Assembly (NCBI GenBank): GCA_025340205.1
Contig: CP006868.1
Location: forward strand, 1,020,001-1,052,000
Source of the DNA: Ignicoccus pacificus DSM 13166
Lineage (GTDB): Archaea > Thermoproteota > Thermoprotei_A > Sulfolobales > Ignicoccaceae
Reading direction: 5' to 3'
Length of the DNA stretch: 32,000 nt
The position numbers and the translations under genes are program-made. Below are positions 16,979-24,694 of the stretch, piece by piece (position 1 is the stretch's first letter; every line of letters starts with the position of its first letter). The notes under the pieces are model-generated. The model was given only the letters and a program-made list of their open reading frames with translations, did no database searches and was not told the origin of the DNA.

Positions 16979-17368
16979 TTAGGTGGAGGAACCGTCTCCC
17001 TCACTGGCCACGCTCTCGATTAGCTTCTCTATCAACCTAACGTTCTCTTTCAGTATTTCAAGCTCCTCCTTGCTCTCAATTATCTTATTGAGGAGCTTCC
17101 TGCCCTCCTCGGTTATCGTATATAAGCCGTGCTCATCTACATTGAGGAGACCTTGCTGAACCATTTTCTTCAAGGTTGGGTAGATGGTGCTCTTTGGCGG
17201 CACCCACCTTCCGTCAGTCAGCTTCCTTATCTCCTTCAAGATATCATAACCGTTCTTGGGTTTCTCAGCCAGAGACTTGAGTATGTACAGGCTGAGGGGG
17301 TTTAGCTTGTACTCGTTTGCTCCTAGCTTGACCTTGACCTCAAGAAGCTTTCGCATAAGTTCCACCAA
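16979..17368 (-). CDS. PadR-family transcriptional regulator
   Basis: KNGYDILKEIRKLTDGRWVPPKSTIYPTLKKMVQQGLL is a PadR wHTH. The likely true start is ATG 17356, behind a TTTTAATTA TATA-like element. Confidence 0.8.
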   Translation of the reverse strand: MVELMRKLLEVKVKLGANEYKLNPLSLYILKSLAEKPKNGYDILKEIRKLTDGRWVPPKSTIYPTLKKMVQQGLLNVDEHGLYTITEEGRKLLNKIIESKEELEILKENVRLIEKLIESVASEGDGSST

Positions 17369-17616
17369 TACGTGACTGAAAATGAGTAATTAAAACGAAG
17401 ACCGTTAACGTAGGCTACCTATGCGATATGTTCACTGTTGGAATTTACCCTTTGTGCTTACTTCACGCCGTGTAAGGTCAGGTCTCTCCCTCTGTCTCCC
17501 CGTGTGGGGTTAGGAAAGGCTACTTTTTAGGAAGGGCTATGTTCTGCAGTGTAAAGGAGTATAATAGGATATATACCCACCTATGCTTTTAGGTAAGCTT
17601 AACTGTGGTGGTCCAG

Positions 17617-17796
17617 ATGTGTCCGCACGCGATACCCTCAAGCGTCGGTAAGGTTCATTGTACTCTAGCGCAGATGGCGGTGAATCCCAAGCTCTATCCG
17701 TGCTTCGGAGATTATGAAAAGTGTCCGATATACCAAGCTGAGATGGAAGGAGATTGTTCAAGCTGCCCCTTAGCTGACGTCTGCGGAAAGAGGTGA
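17617..17796 (+). CDS. Small cysteine-rich protein (59 aa, 7 Cys, 2 His), hypothetical
   Basis: ATG 17617, with the maximal ORF starting at GTG 17605. The TATA-like ATATATACCC lies ~45 nt upstream. The stop TGA overlaps the GTG of the next gene (GTGA). Confidence 0.45.
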   Translation: MCPHAIPSSVGKVHCTLAQMAVNPKLYPCFGDYEKCPIYQAEMEGDCSSCPLADVCGKR

Positions 17797-18548
17797 AGAA
17801 AATGAAGGTAGCCCTCTTACAAGTTTCCGTAAAGGAGGGTGATATTGAGAGGAACCTCGAGATGATAAGGCTAGTCATGAACAGCGTTGTGGCGGATGCC
17901 TACTTCACTCCGGAGATGGCGCTATCAGGGTTTCAAGTAGATGATCTGGAAACGTTCAAGATCGATGGAATATGGGGAATAATTAAGGAGATAAGTGAGG
18001 GAACAGTACTCGGGATGGGTGGACCCCTTTACGAGGGAGGCAAGCTCTACAACTCCTACCTAATCTTCGAAGACGGCAAACTAATTCACGCCAGAAGGAA
18101 GAAGTTGTTGTTCGACTTGATGAACGAAAGAGAACTATTTTCAGAGGGCGAGTTCCCCGAACCCTTCCAGCTACATGGAATGAAATTCGCCGTGGTCATC
18201 TGTTACGAGCTCCGTTTCCCCGAGCTCTTCTGGAAGCTGGCAAGACAAGGAGTTCATGCCTTCTTGGTACCAGCAGCTTGGCCTGCCTCCAGAGTAGAGG
18301 CGTGGAGGGCCCTGATTAGGGCCAGGGCTATAGAGAACTTGGCCTATGTGCTTGCCGTAAACAGGTGGGGGAAGGGGAAGTACGGCCCCTTTGGGGGCTA
18401 TTCGGCATTGATTGATCCCTCAGGGGAGGGATATGAGCTAGGAGAAGGAGTAGGTGCGCTGGTGGGGGAGTTGGATCCGGAGGTGGTATTGAAGGCTAGG
18501 GAATTTCCGTCTTGGAAGGACAGGCTAAGGTACTTCGACCTCGATTGA
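17793..18548 (+). CDS. Carbon-nitrogen hydrolase (nitrilase superfamily)
   Basis: An E-K-C triad context is present: FTPEMALSGF, ARRKKLLF and VVICYELRFPELF. 251 aa. Confidence 0.85.
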   Translation: MKKMKVALLQVSVKEGDIERNLEMIRLVMNSVVADAYFTPEMALSGFQVDDLETFKIDGIWGIIKEISEGTVLGMGGPLYEGGKLYNSYLIFEDGKLIHARRKKLLFDLMNERELFSEGEFPEPFQLHGMKFAVVICYELRFPELFWKLARQGVHAFLVPAAWPASRVEAWRALIRARAIENLAYVLAVNRWGKGKYGPFGGYSALIDPSGEGYELGEGVGALVGELDPEVVLKAREFPSWKDRLRYFDLD

Positions 18549-19046
18549 GCACTTGTTTACTCCCTTCGAGCTCTTCCCCCTGACCTTGCACTTCAGTATG
18601 GTCTCAAGAAGACCCTTTATCACTCCCTCCTCAAAGATGCATTCCACCTCGGAGCCCATTGAAGGAGCTTCCTCTATGTCAACCTTTATCTTCTTTCCAT
18701 TTACATTAAAACTCACTTTACCGAATCCTATGGTGTTCAAAGTTGCTGAGATTGTGTTAACTAAGTCTTCAAGACTCATTTCTTTTGTGTTCCATCTCTC
18801 AAGTATTATCTCTGCGGTCGCTGCTCCCAGACTCTTGCCCACATTACGTACTATTATCTTAGAGGCGTTCCCAACTATCTTAAAAAATTCATCGTTTAAC
18901 TTGGTGACTAGGGATGCAGGAACTATCATAAAGTCCGAGCTCAGGAGCTCGGACGTTAATTCTGTTCTCTCCTCCGAGTTAAACTCGGCTTGTTGCAACA
19001 AGCACACCGAGCTTTGTTCGCTGAAAAATATTCTATAAGTCACCAT
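18525..19046 (-). CDS. V4R-domain protein
   Basis: GKSLGAATAE...LNTIGFGKV...VECIFEEGVIKGLLETIL...KCSIEVEV follows the V4R pattern. It overlaps the hydrolase 3' end convergently by 24 nt. Confidence 0.58.
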   Translation of the reverse strand: MVTYRIFFSEQSSVCLLQQAEFNSEERTELTSELLSSDFMIVPASLVTKLNDEFFKIVGNASKIIVRNVGKSLGAATAEIILERWNTKEMSLEDLVNTISATLNTIGFGKVSFNVNGKKIKVDIEEAPSMGSEVECIFEEGVIKGLLETILKCKVRGKSSKGVNKCSIEVEVP

Positions 19047-19152
19047 TAAGTGATTGTCAGTGTTTAAGGTCTACAGGGTATATGCCTTACATGTAAGTTA
19101 ATATATACCCGTAACTCGGATTAGTACCGTCTCCTATTCAAGCGTCGAGAGC

Positions 19153-19602
19153 ATGAGGTTGGGAGAGATATCTTCCATTCCATACTCGGTTTTCTCGCCT
19201 TCCCCGCCATCAGAGGTACCTTCGGAGCTAGCTCTGTTCCACGGATGCGGAAACGCTGGGGTAACTCTCTCGTTGCTGAACGAGTATCTAATGGAGTACC
19301 ACAGATATTGGTTTGATGCCCTAGTTCAAGACGCTAGGGAGATAATAGATGATGTCCCCTTGAGCGGTAAAGCGCATGAGATCTTCCTTGAGTCAATTGA
19401 AAATGCTTTGATGAACGCTAAAGCGAGCCTCGAGGGAGCGATGGAGGTTCTCGCTCTTACCTCAACGGCTCTCTATCCTCAGAAGGTTAATGATAATGAG
19501 AAGGACTTGACCATGATAAGCTATGATATTCACATAAGGAGGAAATACAAGAAAGTAATAAAAAACAAGGTCTTACCTTGTCTAAGAGTTGCGACCATAT
19601 AA
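19153..19602 (+). CDS. Hypothetical protein (149 aa)
   Basis: ATG start ~50 nt downstream of a TATA-like element (TTAATATATACCC). No recognisable motifs. Confidence 0.4.
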   Translation: MRLGEISSIPYSVFSPSPPSEVPSELALFHGCGNAGVTLSLLNEYLMEYHRYWFDALVQDAREIIDDVPLSGKAHEIFLESIENALMNAKASLEGAMEVLALTSTALYPQKVNDNEKDLTMISYDIHIRRKYKKVIKNKVLPCLRVATI

Positions 19603-19809
19603 GTACCATAGCGCTAAGACAGTGGCCAGAAGGGTTAGCACAGCTATTGGTAGGAGCAAGGTAGGTACTACGAAGTAAGCCGTCACGATGATTATTGACG
19701 CCAGCGCTATGGTTCCGGCGCCCCATCCCCATCTCCACTCGTGCCTGAACCTCATGGGTGCACCGAAGGCAATTAACGCAATTAGCAAGAGGGCTAAGGC
19801 AGTCCTCAC
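19582..19809 (-). CDS. Small membrane protein (75 aa, ~3 TM), hypothetical
   Basis: Strongly hydrophobic helices separated by RFRHEWRWGWG. ATG start. Confidence 0.4.
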   Translation of the reverse strand: MRTALALLLIALIAFGAPMRFRHEWRWGWGAGTIALASIIIVTAYFVVPTLLLPIAVLTLLATVLALWYLYGRNS

Positions 19810-19912
19810 GTCCCCTTACCAGGGGCTCAAATCTTCACGAGGCATATAGATACTTTCGTCGCGCTCTCTCCATTGAAATTTCTTGGATCTCTCTTCTCCA
19901 TGGGGGTGTTCC

Positions 19913-20269
19913 ATGTTTGAAAAGCTTCCGGGGGCTAGCGAGGCTGAAGGGTACTGGTTGGGGCTGCCGAAGCTCACTCCTAGAGACGTCGTGTTGATAG
20001 CGATAGTAAGGGGAGCTAAGGAGGTAAACGATATACTCAAGCTACATGATGAACTCGCATCGAGGGGCATGGTAACGATACCTTCCGAGGAAGAGATCAT
20101 TAGGACGCTGAGGGAGCTTGACGCCTTTGGGATAATAAGGCTCAAAGGAGGCAAAATAGAGCTAGTGGACTCTGAATTCTCGGAGGAGTTCAAAGAATCA
20201 TTGAACTTTAAGGTTAGATTAGTAAATGTGGTTGGAAAAGAGGAAATTCAGATATCCACGACGAACTGA
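19913..20269 (+). CDS. Hypothetical protein with possible winged-helix fold
   Basis: TPRDVVLIAIVRGAKEVNDILKLHDELASRG....EEEIIRTLRELDAFGIIRLKGGKIELV resembles a wHTH. ATG 19913 is preferred to TTG 19883. Confidence 0.42.
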   Translation: MFEKLPGASEAEGYWLGLPKLTPRDVVLIAIVRGAKEVNDILKLHDELASRGMVTIPSEEEIIRTLRELDAFGIIRLKGGKIELVDSEFSEEFKESLNFKVRLVNVVGKEEIQISTTN

Positions 20270-20706
20270 ACCCTCCAGCAATCCCCAACCTTTTCTATCT
20301 TCATCTCGGCGTAAGTCATCGCCTTTACGATGGTACCATATTCGTGTTTCTCGGGATCGAAGAGCTCTCCGCAAGCTCTTCCCTTTATCAAGTACTTGCC
20401 CTCTTTCTTCTCCAACTTAACTTCAAACTTGGAGAAGACCAATCCTTCGGAGTCGAAGTATAGGAGCAAATCATCAATCCATTTATAGAGGGCTTGTTCC
20501 AAATCATCAGCTTCGTCCTCTACCTCTCTACACTCCTTCGGTTCGACCTTCTTTACGTCGGTTATTACAGCAAACACTCCCTTGGCGGCGTTCGCAAACG
20601 CTTCCTCTAGGGTCTCCCCATATCCTACCACGATGACGTCGGCGGTATGAGGCAAGTGTTCGAACTCCTTAGGACAAGGCATGTTCAGTCCCAAGGGGAT
20701 GGTCAT
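20248..20706 (-). CDS. Archease (RtcB tRNA-ligase cofactor family)
   Basis: FEHLPHTADVIVVGYGETLEEAFANAA and VKAMTYAEMKIEK....W.VQFVVDI are archease signatures. An alternative start is at 20682. Confidence 0.85.
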   Translation of the reverse strand: MTIPLGLNMPCPKEFEHLPHTADVIVVGYGETLEEAFANAAKGVFAVITDVKKVEPKECREVEDEADDLEQALYKWIDDLLLYFDSEGLVFSKFEVKLEKKEGKYLIKGRACGELFDPEKHEYGTIVKAMTYAEMKIEKVGDCWRVQFVVDI

Positions 20707-20777
20707 GAGTTGGTATAATAGATCGAGAGCCCAGCTCGTTAATAGCCAAAGGAAAGGTCAGTGAGAGGGAGAAAGGT

Positions 20778-21242
20778 ATGAACTGTCTTTACTCCGCCTT
20801 GATCTCGGCGTTGCCAGTCGTGGAAATAAGGGGAGCTATACCGTACCTAATAGCTAACGGCTGTCCGCTGTACTTCATTGTAATATGCTACGTCGTGGGC
20901 ACCCTTACGGGCTTCTTGGTCTACCTCTTCTTAGAGGAGATACTGAGGATCGCAAGGAACATCCTTCATAAATACTGGAAGGGAGGCCTCAAGATATTGG
21001 ATAAGATTGTGGAAAGGGCGGAGAAGGGTGCCGGCCCCAAGGTGGAAAAGTATGGAACCCTAGGACTGGCCTTGTTCGTCGCTATACCAGCCCCTGGAAC
21101 CGGCGTCTGGACGGGGGCCATGGCCGGATATTTACTGGGACTCAAGAAAAGGGATGTGCTGCTGGCATTGGCGCTGGGCAACTTGGGTGCTACGATAATA
21201 GTTACGTTGCTCAGCTTGGGGGCGGCTAAGGCGGTAGCTTAA
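20778..21242 (+). CDS. Small multidrug-export-like membrane protein (COG2426 / Sm_multidrug_ex-like)
   Basis: LPVVEIRGAIPY is the family's N-terminal motif, and the protein has 4 TM segments. Confidence 0.62.
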   Translation: MNCLYSALISALPVVEIRGAIPYLIANGCPLYFIVICYVVGTLTGFLVYLFLEEILRIARNILHKYWKGGLKILDKIVERAEKGAGPKVEKYGTLGLALFVAIPAPGTGVWTGAMAGYLLGLKKRDVLLALALGNLGATIIVTLLSLGAAKAVA

Positions 21243-21243
21243 G

Positions 21244-21300
21244 GGCTCGGAGCACGGCTTGTGCTTTCATCGCTCAACTGAAACACGGTTCCTCATCGCC
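21244..21300 (-). ncRNA. Weaker candidate C/D-box-like sRNA
   Basis: The minus strand reads GGC-g-AUGAGGA, 12 nt, UUGA, gcg, AUGAAAG, 13 nt, CCGA, GCC. It has the same UGAGGA/CCGA variant as the 3292-3349 candidate. The internal boxes are degenerate and the region can also fold as a hairpin. Confidence 0.28.
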
Positions 21301-21308
21301 AAAGATCC

Positions 21309-21464
21309 TTAGACGAGCAGGGTGTACACCACGTAGGTAGCTAGGGCTGCTGTAATCACCGAGGCTAAGTCAGCTACGCTGTGGTAAACTACCTTTGAAA
21401 TCTCAAAGGCCACAAAGAACGTAACTATCAATATAATTCCTAAGGTTATCAAGTCTAGAGCCAT
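21309..21464 (-). CDS. Possible small membrane protein (51 aa), not in ORF track
   Basis: My own translation is MALDLITLGIILIVTFFVAFEISKVVYHSVADLASVITAALATYVVYTLLV. It has two hydrophobic helices and no other support. Confidence 0.25.
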   Translation of the reverse strand: MALDLITLGIILIVTFFVAFEISKVVYHSVADLASVITAALATYVVYTLLV

Positions 21465-21558
21465 AGTTCTTCCCCTTTAGGCTAATCTAGGAAGGGGTCT
21501 TCAATGTTGGACGTCCTCGGCCTCATCTGAGCTCCGCTTCAGACGTCCTTCCAAAAAC

Positions 21559-22911
21559 TCACTTCCTCCTCCTCAGTAAGGCTAGGAGGGGTATGGCTAG
21601 CGCTAGCAGGGCGGGAGAGGGAATTCCGCTGGAAGATATGGAATTGTACGCGCTGGTGTACATACTCGTCATTGAGGTTAGATAAGGTAAGACCTTGGGA
21701 GCTATGCCGAAGCTCATGTAGTAAATGTCTAGGTAATAGTAGCCAGTACTGTTTGTAAACGAGAACGCTAAGTAGGAAGAGTCGGCTTTACCCCTAATTG
21801 CAAGGGCCTCAATGGGGCCGTTGGCGTGTAGATCTGCTACTTCCTTGCCAGTAGGCGTGTAGAAGCCTATTATGTCATCCATTGCGTTATTCACAATCGC
21901 TATTATGTTACAATCGTCTGTAACTCCCATTAGCTTGACGTTAGAATAGCTAAAGGTGCTGTTCAGGATAGGGTTGGTTAGGTTAGAGAAGCTCCATGAT
22001 TCTATATCGTTTGGAGTGACCACTATCAAATAGTTTGTTCCGTTCTGGTTGCATGCCTTCATTATGGATATTTGTGCTGGGAACTTCTCGCTCATTATAA
22101 CGGCTCCCGTTGACTCGTTGAGGAGCGTTAGGTTCCCGCTAACGGAGTCGTATATGCCGATGACCCTTCCTTGGGTCGTGTTGAAGTAGAACGGTCGCAC
22201 CGTTACGTTCTGGAAGGTGACGTTCCAAAGCCTAGCTCCGCTGGTGTCGTTCACTAAGGTACAGATGCTACCACACATCACGACCTTGCCGTCTGGCAGC
22301 GCTAAGAGAGTTTGGTTTATCGGAGTACCGTAGGGTGCGACGTAGACCCAGTAGTTGTAATAGTTGATGCTAGTAGCGCTGAGGACAGAGGAGGTAGGGA
22401 CGTATACCTTCTTGTTTATGTATATTCCAGGAGGGTACTGAGTATTGGCGGTGTAACTGTAGGACATAATGGCATAGAGCTTGTTTGAGAACACATTCAA
22501 GGATTTGTAGAGGATGTAGGTGGAATTGCTGGTCGGGTTATAAAAGACTGGAACGACGGTTCCGGTAACGAAGAACTCACCGTAATCCTTAGAGGTGTTA
22601 GGTATGGTCTTATCGAATGCTATACCCATGCCGACCAGTTGGACATTGGTTAAGTTATATTGGGTGTAATTGAAGCTAGAGATGGCAACTTCGGGTAGCG
22701 GATAGATGTAAAGCTTCTCAAATACCTTTATAAAGAATTTACTGGTCATCGACATAACAGTGCTGTAAGCGGTGCTTGTCAAGGTATTGGTATAGGTAGT
22801 ATATATTGTGTACGCGTGAGTTATGCCTATACCACCAAATACTAGCACTAGCAAGCTAATCCCTATGGTTTTTCTACTCACCAGATCCACTCTCAAGTTA
22901 TATCTCTGCAA
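21559..22911 (-). CDS. Predicted extracellular, heavily N-glycosylated surface protein with N-terminal signal/anchor and C-terminal TM plus basic tail
   Basis: There are 15 N-x-S/T sequons (x not P) in 450 aa by my count, in a Tyr/Thr/Ser/Asn-rich sequence. The C-terminus is SSGIPSPALLALAIPLLALLRRRK. The start is TTG 22911 or GTG 22890, and T5 follows 2 nt after the stop. Confidence 0.65.
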   Translation of the reverse strand: MQRYNLRVDLVSRKTIGISLLVLVFGGIGITHAYTIYTTYTNTLTSTAYSTVMSMTSKFFIKVFEKLYIYPLPEVAISSFNYTQYNLTNVQLVGMGIAFDKTIPNTSKDYGEFFVTGTVVPVFYNPTSNSTYILYKSLNVFSNKLYAIMSYSYTANTQYPPGIYINKKVYVPTSSVLSATSINYYNYWVYVAPYGTPINQTLLALPDGKVVMCGSICTLVNDTSGARLWNVTFQNVTVRPFYFNTTQGRVIGIYDSVSGNLTLLNESTGAVIMSEKFPAQISIMKACNQNGTNYLIVVTPNDIESWSFSNLTNPILNSTFSYSNVKLMGVTDDCNIIAIVNNAMDDIIGFYTPTGKEVADLHANGPIEALAIRGKADSSYLAFSFTNSTGYYYLDIYYMSFGIAPKVLPYLTSMTSMYTSAYNSISSSGIPSPALLALAIPLLALLRRRK

Positions 22912-23101
22912 AAGTATGCTATAAGTTCTTATTTATTCAATTATGATAAAAATAACATATTTAAGATACGCCGCAACCTCCTTTATCTAGTTTAGGTATT
23001 GGGAACATTTAATTGTAGATTTGAAGATAGTTGAAAAAGTTTCACCTCGTGAAAACCCTTGAACTTAAACCTCCTTTCGTGATATCAGCCGGGGACCGAT
23101 C

Positions 23102-24136
23102 GTGCTCCTCTCGAATAGGGACAAACTCGTGGAAGTTGGATTTGACGCAATAGCAACCTTCTTCTACAAGCTAGCCGAGATAAGTGACAAGCTTAAGGAA
23201 GAGGGACTCTGGACTTATCTCCCAGACCCCTCTGAGCTTAGGGAAAAGGTTGCTACTGGAACAGTTAGGGTGAAGCTAGGCTTTCCTGTCTATCAGAAAG
23301 GCGGAGTAATCATGGACGTGACCAACGTGGAACAAGCCCAAACGGCCGAGGACGCCGGAGCGGTAGCGGTCATGGTGCTCGACAAGCTACCTTATGACAT
23401 AAGGAAGGCCGGCGGAGTGGCCAGGATGGCGGACGTGAACGTAATAAAGGAGGTAATGGACTCCATCTCCCTTCCAGTTATGGCGAAGGTGAGGATAGGT
23501 CACTTCATGGAGGCTAGGGTGCTAGAGGCCCTAGGAGTCGACATGATAGACGAGAGCGAGGTGCTAACCCCAGCCGATGAGAAGCATCACATAAACAAGT
23601 GGCAGTTCAAGGTGCCCTTCGTGAACGGAGCCAGGAACCTAGGAGAGGCCTTGAGGAGGATAAGCGAGGGAGCCTCCATGATAAGGACCAAGGGAGAGGC
23701 GGGAACTGGAAACGTAGCTGAAGCTGTTAGGCACATGAAGACGGTAATGGGTGAGCTAAGGCAACTAATAACGATGCCCGAGGAGGACAGGGTACTAAAG
23801 GCTAGGGAGATGGGAGTGAGCTACGAGTTGGTCGAATTAACGGTGAGACTTCAGAGGCTCCCGGTGGTGAACTTCGCCGCTGGAGGAATAGCTACCCCAG
23901 CGGACGCGGCCCTGATGATGTGGCTTGGAGCGGACGGAGTGTTCGTAGGATCCGGAATATTCAAGAGTCAAGATCCGAGGCAGAGGGCCGAGGCGATAGT
24001 TCTAGCGACGTCCCTCTGGATGGATCCCGAGGCGGTTCTAGAGGCACAGAAGATGATAAGCGAGAGGAAGAGCATGATGGGAATTGATATAAGGCAGCTG
24101 AAGCCAGAAGAGCTACTACAAGTTAGAGGAGAGTAA
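23102..24136 (+). CDS. pdxS: Pyridoxal 5'-phosphate synthase subunit PdxS
   Basis: [48 protein letters not shown] and [15 protein letters not shown] are PdxS motifs. The long archaeal N-terminal extension (FFYKLAE) is present. Confidence 0.95.
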   Translation: MLLSNRDKLVEVGFDAIATFFYKLAEISDKLKEEGLWTYLPDPSELREKVATGTVRVKLGFPVYQKGGVIMDVTNVEQAQTAEDAGAVAVMVLDKLPYDIRKAGGVARMADVNVIKEVMDSISLPVMAKVRIGHFMEARVLEALGVDMIDESEVLTPADEKHHINKWQFKVPFVNGARNLGEALRRISEGASMIRTKGEAGTGNVAEAVRHMKTVMGELRQLITMPEEDRVLKAREMGVSYELVELTVRLQRLPVVNFAAGGIATPADAALMMWLGADGVFVGSGIFKSQDPRQRAEAIVLATSLWMDPEAVLEAQKMISERKSMMGIDIRQLKPEELLQVRGE

Positions 24137-24266
24137 GTATAAAATCTTCTCTTTAATTATTTCGAAAACGAATATGGGAGTTAGAACACCCTTCAAGATC
24201 TCAATATCCTGTCATGAGTTAAGAGACATGAGGGAGGAGCTGAGGATCTAGTCATGTAAACTAAAT

Positions 24267-24638
24267 CTAGAATAACGGTAAGTACTTCCCGAAGTTTATC
24301 CTGACGTGAGCCCTACACCCTTCCTTACCACAGTTCAGACCTTCAACATCTACCTCCACCCACGTGGCCCCTTCTATCTCAGAGCTAACCAAATTAGCGA
24401 GTAAGGGCCCCAATTCCCCTAAGGGGGAGCCGAAGAACTTCAAGGATTTCAGCTCCTTCACGACGTTCTTACCCCTCCCTTCGCTTAACCAGTATATATC
24501 TAAGGTAATCTCGTTATCTTTTGCTTGATATGTAATCATGTCGGCATCGAGCATATCCTTTGCTCTCGTCAGTACGTTTCTAACCTCTTCTATCACGTCT
24601 CCCACCGCTCGAGAGCGGTCACCTATTTCGATAGCCAC
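24267..24638 (-). CDS. Hypothetical protein (up to 123 aa)
   Basis: The ORF is divergent from the TetR gene. The start is ambiguous: GTG 24638 lies only ~4-12 nt from a TATA-like ATTTATAC, so an internal GTG near 24605 is possible. Confidence 0.45.
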   Translation of the reverse strand: MAIEIGDRSRAVGDVIEEVRNVLTRAKDMLDADMITYQAKDNEITLDIYWLSEGRGKNVVKELKSLKFFGSPLGELGPLLANLVSSEIEGATWVEVDVEGLNCGKEGCRAHVRINFGKYLPLF

Positions 24639-24694
24639 AAAGGTATAAATGTATTACATGCACTGCCCTTTCGAGGGTTTACTGTCCGAGAGCT

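Noticed and set aside
17537-17878. A 113-aa minus-strand ORF spanning the PadR/hydrolase intergenic region.
   Set aside because: It runs through the promoter region and overlaps the Cys-rich ORF and the hydrolase start on the other strand. It has no recognisable motifs and odd composition.
24174-24251. A 25-aa ATG ORF (MGVRTPFKISISCHELRDMREELRI) in the spacer after pdxS.
   Set aside because: It is too short, has no SD or promoter signal and shows no recognisable features, so it is probably non-coding terminator or spacer sequence.
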